From Octopus vulgaris (lineage: Eukaryota): a stretch of DNA of 64,000 bases. Made by a program: the position numbers and the translations under genes. Positions within the stretch are counted from its first letter, which is position 1. Each line of letters begins with the position of its first letter. Positions 55,755 to 64,000 of the stretch are shown here, piece after piece. The notes under the pieces were generated by a model, which saw only the letters and a program-made list of their open reading frames with translations, ran no database searches and was not told the DNA's origin. The DNA lies in NCBI GenBank assembly GCA_951406725.2, contig OX597822.1, forward strand, positions 60,450,001 to 60,514,000, given 5' to 3'.

Positions 55755-57236
55755 TAGATAAACTTAGATATGTTTCGACCAGAGATTGGTCCAGGCCATG
55801 TCTAACTTAATAGCACCACCTGATAGGATTATTCGAATCCTGTTTAAGTCAAGTTTTGTTCAAGTAGTGAGTTCTTGTTGGGTGAGTTGTATCCAATTAT
55901 GGGTGGCTTATCTGGTATTCTTTGAAGGAATCTATCCAGACTCTGTTTAAAGTTGATGGGATCCTTTTCCTCTTTGATCTCCCTCGGGACAATGTTAAAT
56001 AGGGCAGGGCCTGTTGAGGAAAAGAAATTATGTTGCAGTGTACATGTATGTTGTGATCTTGAATTGGGCAGGGGACGTATAGCCCGTGGTCCAAGTCTTG
56101 GATGAAACTTGAAGCTAATGTTTAGGTCGTTTGGGCAAAGTTGGCGGTATATTTTCCACATCGTACAAATGATGTACCGCTCACGGCGACGCTGGAGGGA
56201 GTAAAGTTTCAAGGCTTTAAGGCGATCCCAATAATCGAGAGCAGCCATGCCTTCAATTTGTTTAGTGAGAGCCCTCTGGGGTGACTCAATTCTGGAGATG
56301 TTTTGTCTTGTGTGAGGAGACCACAGTGGGCAGCAGTATTCAAGGTGTGGCCGTACAAAGGAGGAAAAAAGTGGTATGATGACACCTTGTTCTCTGGACC
56401 GGAAAGTTCTTAAGATCCAGGAACTCATCCTACGAGCTATATCGACCTTCTTGTTGATGTGTACACTCCAACTGAGATCGTCATCAACAATTACACCCAG
56501 GTCTCTGATATTGTTAGAGGTTGTGAGCGGTTCCCCTGAAGGAAGAGGGTATGGTTGTTTTAGTGAGGAATTTCTTCCAAAATGCATCAGCTCAAATTTT
56601 CCCTCATTCAGTTGCATTTTGTTTCTGTCTGCCCATTGACTCACAGCATATAGATCAGACTGGAGTTGAGTTCGGTCTGCTTCTTCATTGACGATTTGCT
56701 GGAGCTTAGTGTCATCAGCGAATATTTTCACTTTGCAGTGATGTACGACACTGGAAAGGTCGTTTACGTAAATTATGAAGAGTAGCGGACCCAAAACAGT
56801 TCCCTGGGGAACACCGCTGGTGACTTTTGCTGGGTTTGAGTGGACTCCATCAACTACAACATGTTGTGTTCTATTCGCCAGGAAACACTTAATCCAGTGT
56901 AGAACTTTTCCACGGATTCCAACATTTGCCAATTTTGAGAGTAGGATGTTATGGTCTACCCTGTCGAACGCTTTACTGAAGTCAAGATATATGACGTCAG
57001 AGTTCGAACCTATTCCCAAGGCTTTGAGTACATCTTCAATGTGGTGTAAGAGCTGTGTTAGACAGTCCCTGCCACAGCGAAAGCCATGCTGATTTGAATT
57101 TAGGAGTTTGTGGGTCTCCAGGAAGTCAGCTATCCTTGATCTTAACACTCTTTCAAACACTTTAATGATGTGGGAGGTGAGTGAGATTGGGCGATAGTTG
57201 ACTGCGTGGGATCTGTTTCCCTGTTTGAAAACCGGG
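55749..57236 (-). mobile_element. 5'-truncated CR1-clade LINE with open RT domain (ORF 55844-57160)
   Basis: NYRPISLTS, QHGFR, YLDFSKAFD, SGVPQGTVLGPLLF, FADDTK, RDLGV, VRPHLEY; 3' tandem ataaacttag x2. Confidence 0.92.
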
Positions 57237-57282
57237 ATGAAATATATATATTTATATTTATATATATATATACATACATATA

Positions 57283-57725
57283 CAGGGGTTGGACAAAATA
57301 ATGGAAACCCCTTAACATTTCAAACAAATTAATTTTGTTATGGTAGTAATTACAGCTTGACGTCTACGAGGTACGGACTCGTACAAAGTTGAATTGTTTC
57401 CAAAGGAAGTTTTGTCCTTTCTTCGGCTAAAACGGTCTACAGTTCTTGTAGCGATGATGGTGGAAGATATCGACTCTTTACTTGTTTTACTAAATTGCAC
57501 CATAAAAGTTTAATAATATTGAGATCTGGGGGCTGTGGTGGCCAGGTAAGATGTTCAACCTCACTAGATTGTTCCTGATGCCATTTAGTAACAACTTTAG
57601 CTGTGTGAATTGGTGCATTATAATCCTGAAAGATTGCGTTTCACTCTGGAAACAGTTCCGAAACATGGGATGAATTTGATCAGATAAAATACTTAAATAG
57701 TTTTGACTATTAATTCTGTCCAGCT
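57283..57725 (-). mobile_element. Tc1-like transposon 3' half with TIR
   Basis: TA|caggggttggacaaaataatggaaac; FQDYNAPIHTAK...WPPQPPDLNII. Confidence 0.85.
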
Positions 57726-57834
57726 GGGGGGTATACATACGCCACAGAAACCGGGAAACCGGGCCCGTGAGCCTGGCTAGGCTTGAAAAGGGCGACGTTT
57801 ATCGTTTATATATATATATATATATATATATAAC

Positions 57835-58602
57835 AATTTAAAAAATAAAACGTATGCATACATACGTACATATATGTACATACCTACATATATATGTATA
57901 TATACAATCATATATGAGTACAGGACACCACAAATAAATGTAGAACACGACGAGAAACAAAAACATAAATACAAACAAGGAAACGGACTTATTTTTTAAC
58001 AACGAAAAAACAGAGTACAAGACAAACAACAGAGGGAACATTCCCCTTCTTCAGCTGCCCCTGTTTCGACTCATTGCGTGTTTCGAAGGTAAGGGCAGAA
58101 CACGACTACGCTGAAACAATCCTTCCTGCAAATGAATTAAATTTTTCCACCGTCTAGGCTTAAAAAAGCCCTTATTGTTGGTTTCCTTGTCCTGTCTTTT
58201 ACTGTATTTATCTTTATTTGTACTGTTTTTTCTTTATTTGTATTGCTTTTACGTCCTGTTCTTGTCACCTTTTTTTTACCCATCCGCAAAAAATTTTATT
58301 TAATTCATTTGCGGGATGGACTGTTTCAGTGTAGTCGTGTTCTGCCCTTACCTTCGAAACACGCAATGAGTCGAAACAAGGGCAGCTGAAGAAGGGGAAT
58401 GTTCCCTCCGTTGTTTGTCTTGTACTCAGTTTTTTCGTTGTTAAAAAAGTCCGTTTCCTTGTTTGTTTTTAGGTTTTCGTTTCTCGTCGTGTTCTACGCT
58501 TATTTGTGGTGTCCTGTATTCATATATGCATGTATATATACATATAAATGTAGGTATGTACATATATGTATGTATGTATGCATATGTTTTATTTTTTAAA
58601 TT
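57835..58602. repeat. Fold-back element, ~310-bp arms (~57835-58146 / ~58299-58602)
   Basis: Arms are diverged reverse complements; (TA)n-flanked. Confidence 0.85.
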
Positions 58603-58652
58603 ATTATTATATGATGGAACGCACGCGTCGTTGTCTTCTTCTTCAAAGTAAG

Positions 58653-58691
<39 letters not shown>

Positions 58692-58794
58692 ATTTAAAAA
58701 TAGGATAAAATCTTTATAAGAAATTATCAAGTAGTTAGCGTAAAAAACCTCATGTGGAAACATTTATTAATTATTCCCTTTAAATATATTTATT

Positions 58795-59023
58795 TATATT
58801 AAGGGCATTACAATATATAAATGCCTCACGCATTTATGTATTGTAACTACCATAATAAACACATTTTACCGAACGTGATCATATGATCTGCAGCTAAATC
58901 TGTTTTTAAAAGACTCGCTTCGAGAGCTGCATTCCCTCGAGTTCGGTACAATGTGTTTATTATGGTAGTTTTGACTTTAAGAGTCCCTCCTAGCGTGCGG
59001 CATTTATTATAGTAATGCCCTTA

Positions 59024-59028
<5 letters not shown>
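58795..59028. repeat. Small fold-back element
   Basis: tatattaagggcattac/gtaatgcccttaatata and aactaccataataaacacat/atgtgtttattatggtagtt. Confidence 0.8.
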
Positions 59029-59056
<28 letters not shown>

Positions 59057-61325
59057 TAAGGGCGGTGAGCTGGCAGAATATATATATATAAATATATATA
59101 TGTATAAGTCAGTAAATGGAGGGGCTGTGTTAACCGCACGTAGAGAAATGATAGAAGAAAAAATAATAAGGCAGAATGCTAAATTGAAAGTACATTTTAA
59201 TAAAATGTATGAAAATTTAAAAAAAGAAATCAAACCGGCTTTTATTGTAAGGCAAATTTTCAAGATTTGGAAGGGGAAAAATATTTTTTTTTAAATTGAG
59301 GAAGGGGAAAAAAAGAAATTTACAATGTTTTTTTCAAAAAAATAATAATACAATTATACAAAAATTAATAAATAAGTATACCAATACATAGCAGAGTCTT
59401 TATGCTTTCAGAGTTCAATATTAGTCCTTGGAAAAACCTCTTTGGAGGGTTAGGTTGCATGTGTTTAAGTGTAGTGTTTTGTTTGAAGAAGTTGGGTGAT
59501 TGTGTATCAAAACAAGAAATAAGGTGGGAGTTATCCAGTTCCTGTGAATAAGGGGAGACAATTCTGTGGATTTAATTGGAATGCTGGATTTTTTGTCAAA
59601 CAGGATGCTTATATCAATTTTTTGTTAGACAGGATGCTAGAAAAAAGAATATAGTCACCGTGGAGTTTGCATATTAAGAAGCGTTTGGAATTTTTCAATA
59701 AAAAGATTCTCCTTGTTGATTCTTTCTTGTGTAGAGATTCTGTCTTTACATTGATAGAAAGGGAATATATGAAATTTGGGATTTTTAAACTAGCTCAAAT
59801 AGTTGGTAAGTCAAAAGGGGAGATAATTTTAAGCTATTCTTTTTTAATTCAACCTTATTACAGTTACGTGTGCTTTCAGTAACATGTTTTATTAATTTCA
59901 AACTATCATTTATAAAGCACTTTATATATTTGAAATATGCAATTTTTATTTTTCTCTTTTATGCTTTCTTACAAACTATTTGGTTATTTTCATGAAAATT
60001 AAGAGTCACTATTTTTACACATTATATCTAATTCCTAATTGTGTTTATATTTCTATACATTTATACATAATATTTTACACAAAACATATATTGTAATAAC
60101 TCATCTTATTTGAAATGTACGTAATACCTCTCACTACACTTGATTTCCTTAGATTTAATTTTTATTTACCCACTTTTTCTTTAAATTACACCACTTCTAA
60201 GTCCTAATTGTATAATCATTATAATACTATCAACCTAAATTTGTTACAGTCATTATAATATGAAAGTATCGAATTAAATTAATTTGAGGCCGCTCAACGC
60301 TTTTAATCGAAGTAATAATTGCAAACGTATTAATTCTTATAAATTCATAGTGTTTCAAATTAATCTGTACACATACTTATTTCAATATAACATACATGAT
60401 TTTTAAAATATATGTTTAAGAAAGCAGTGATAGTAGGCAATGAATTGAGTCAATTGTTAGAGTCAATGGCAAAATTCCTTTTTGCTTTCTATGTTCGAAT
60501 TCCTCCGAAGTCAACTTTCTCTTGCATCTTTCCTAATTTGGTAAAGCACCATTCTCGGGTTGTGGATTGGCGGGATCATTAGACCATCAGATGGGATGTA
60601 GTCTTGCGTTTGGAGTTGGAAGACGTCGAGGTCTTCTTGGATAGTAGCATTAATCCCTAAACCGATCTTGACAACACCATCTATTACCACTAAAGGTCAC
60701 CTTGCGGCGTTTAACAGAATCAACTACATTAAGAGTATTCGGGCCAAATCTCCGGCTTGAGGACACCTCCTTTACTCCCTCAATATAAGAGGCTTTGTAA
60801 AGATTATGGTGACTGCTTTACGTCTTTATTAAATTATGAAAAGCAGCTTTTCTTATTGTGATCTCTAGTAGTTAGATACAGTAATTCCACTACATTACTG
60901 TTCAGAATTTTATTTTTGAAGATAACTGCACAAATAAATATAGGGAAAATAAATTCATATAAAGAGTAATTGCCCTTGGTATAATCGAATGCATTTCACC
61001 CGGAAGACACCCATTTTATTGTAATCATGTGCATTGTACAGTAGATTAAAAAACAAAAACTATTTAATACTTGTTATCAAACAAACTTTTGTAAGAGTAT
61101 TCTTAAGTAAATTTTTCTGCTTCGAAATACTCTATTTTTAACGTATTTATCACTAGTTAGTTCTTTTTGAAACTTAGAAAAATATTCTATTACCACTTTT
61201 CTCAGTTCTCTATAATATCTGTTATTAACGAATACGGACATCCTCAAATTCAGCGACTTTGTTCCATAAGTTCATAACCCTCCATAATAAACCTCATACA
61301 CACGTACATATAGTCATGCGTACAT

Positions 61326-61366
<41 letters not shown>

Positions 61367-61379
61367 TAATTCTTTTTTC

Positions 61380-61628
61380 TTTCCTTCTTTTTATTCTTTT
61401 ATTTGTTTCAGTCATTTGACTGCGGCCATGCTTGAGCACCACCTTTAGTCGAGCAAATCGACCCAGGGACTTATTCTTTGTAAGCCTAGTACTTATTCCA
61501 TCGCTCTCTCTCTCTTGCCGAACCGTTTAGTAACGGGGACATAAACACACCAGCATCGGTTGTCAAGCGATGTTGCGGGGACAAACACAGACACAGAAAC
61601 ATACACACACACACACACACACACACAT

Positions 61629-61677
<49 letters not shown>

Positions 61678-61839
61678 CGGGCTTCTTTCAGTTTCCGTCT
61701 ACCAAATCCAGTCACAAAGCTTTGGTCGGCCCGAGGCTATAGTAGAAAACACTTGTCCAAGGTGCCACGCAGTGGGACTGAACCCGGAACCAAGCGGTTG
61801 GTAAGCAACCTACTTAACCCACAGCCACCCCTGCGCCTA
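61380..61839 (-). mobile_element. SINE family C copy
   Basis: Colinear with 46912-47330; internal (CA)n(TA)n. Confidence 0.85.
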
Positions 61840-62487
61840 TACATACATACATACATACATACATACATACATACATACATACATACATACATACATGCAT
61901 GCATACATACATACATACATACATACATACATACATACATACATACATACATGCATACATACATGCATACATACATACATACATACATACATACCCATAC
62001 TTTACCCGACTTTCATTCTATACATGTGCCTATTTAAATATTTATTTACCCTTTCACCAAATATTGAATATAAATACACTTCGGCTATTTCCATTGATTT
62101 ATTATTATCAATATTTTCTTAATCGATAACTCTGTACCAATCCTCAAAACTATTTGTCCCACTTTTGGTAACCCGCATTTCTATCTTTCGCTACCTCTCC
62201 CTCCCACTGTCTCTCTCGCTATCTCTCTCCCTCCATCCTACAGTCTGTCTGTCTCTCTATCTCTCTCTCTCCATATATGCATATATATATCAAACTATCT
62301 ACCCAGGTATCTGTGTTCATCTATCCCTCTACCCACCCATGTATCCATCTATATCTGTAGCCATATAGCTATCCATCTACTTCATTAGGTACCCATTTAT
62401 CTACCCATGTTTATATGTATGTGTGTATGTGTGTGTATATCTGTGTGTATCTACTCGTGTATTTATCTATTTATCCACCCATGTACC

Positions 62488-62812
<325 letters not shown>

Positions 62813-63108
62813 TATCTTTCGTTCTTTCTATCTATTTATCTGTTTTTGTCTGTTTGTCTAACTCTGTCTAACCATATTTGTGGGCGCGCGCGAGAGTGTT
62901 TGTGTACATAGCTATGTATGTATATTTGATTAACTTCTATTCTTCCTGCGCAGTTAACAAAAACTTGATTTTACGAAAATCCGAAGACACAGCTAACCTT
63001 TAAAACAATGAATATTTAATTCTATTTCATGTAGTGTTTGTTCTCATTCAATTACTGATTTTGTTTCTATGAAAAAAAAGATTTTCTAGTGATTAGTAAT
63101 ACGTAACT

Positions 63109-63160
<52 letters not shown>

Positions 63161-63161
63161 G

Positions 63162-63640
63162 TAGGGTGCGATGGGTAAATTGTCATCATTTTATATTTTT
63201 AATTTCACGCATGCGCATTGTTTGTTTTTGATTTTGCCGACTACACAGTATAGTAGGGTCTGTTGGGTACTGTCTGTGAGAAAAACAGCACCATGATGCA
63301 ATTCACTCTGCCAGAAATTTGAAAACGACATACTGTACCGATTGGTATTCGCTCCAGAAGCTCCAATACGAACATTTCAGAGTGTTTGGGTGTCAATCTG
63401 AGGACAGTGCAATTTAAGGACATGTACCGAGAGTGATAAAAATCAAACAACCAGTCAACATGATGTTCTTTGGAGTGATCACTAGTGATGGCGATGTTAT
63501 GCCTTCATTCATCTTCTCACACTGCCTCACACGCAACACAAGTACATTGAGGAGGTAGTGCTGCCCTGGGTCAAGAGGGTGGCTGCTGGAAGACCCTATG
63601 TCTGGCAACAGGACTCTGCACCATGCCATGCAAGCGTCTA
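63162..63640 (+). mobile_element. Deleted Tc1/mariner-superfamily (maT/DD37D-like) element
   Basis: KQPVNMMFFGVITSDGDVMPSFIF; RVAAGRPYVWQQDSAPCHAS. Confidence 0.7.
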
Positions 63641-64000
63641 CATCGAGACTCATACACACACACACTATTTAATGGTGCCATTTCCAAGATTAGTTCTGTA
63701 ACATTCCAGGATAATATGATGAATTCTCCAGAAACGATCATATGAGACATTTGATGTATTGTGTACCTGACTTTAATTGCAGTTCTTTCTGTTTCTAACA
63801 GAATCAACAAGTACTATTATGTGTGTACATATGTAAATATGTTTGTGTGTATGTGTGTCTGTTTGTGTGCGTGTTTGTGTGTTAATGTGTGTATGAGTAT
63901 GTATGCACATCTATTATATAAAATCCGTTCTGTCTGTCTGTGTGTGTCTTCTAGGATCCTCCATCCGATTGCGCTCAAATTTGTTATGTAGATACCAACG

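Noticed and set aside
55765-55806. Stem-loop followed by GAAAC in the CR1 3'UTR (minus strand)
   Set aside because: The upstream sequence ATGGCCT does not fit the hammerhead core; more likely the ordinary LINE 3' stem-loop.
59330-60840. Possible L1-like 3' fragments on the minus strand
   Set aside because: No diagnostic motif could be read with confidence.

Overview
This is AT-rich, microsatellite-saturated eukaryotic DNA; the repeat families look cephalopod (Octopus-like), which is an inference. Only one host gene is supportable: a + strand filamin-like gene (CH domain, Ig-filamin repeat, ~1,100-aa low-complexity region, second Ig-filamin repeat). Its exons are 31551-31777, 33282-37196 (3.9 kb) and 44714-44935, with a possible upstream exon at 28457-28654. 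The rest is mobile-element debris. It includes two clusters of R4/Dong-like REL-endonuclease LINE fragments sitting strand-specifically in (TAA)n, a ~555-bp non-coding element sharing that target, Penelope-like RT, CR1, L1/Tx1 and RTE fragments, mariner/Tc1 relics and three tRNA-derived SINE families. The most notable signal is a set of fold-back (inverted-repeat) elements, mostly in (TA)n or other simple repeats, carrying minimal type I hammerhead ribozyme motifs. One family (24.8-27.0 kb and 54.9-55.3 kb) has the core GUGAACA instead of CUGANGA, an apparent compensatory swap of the C3-G8 pair. One copy of this family forms a ~2.1-kb near-perfect palindrome. Most short ORFs in the track are microsatellite artefacts. 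Repeat boundaries are read by eye and approximate.
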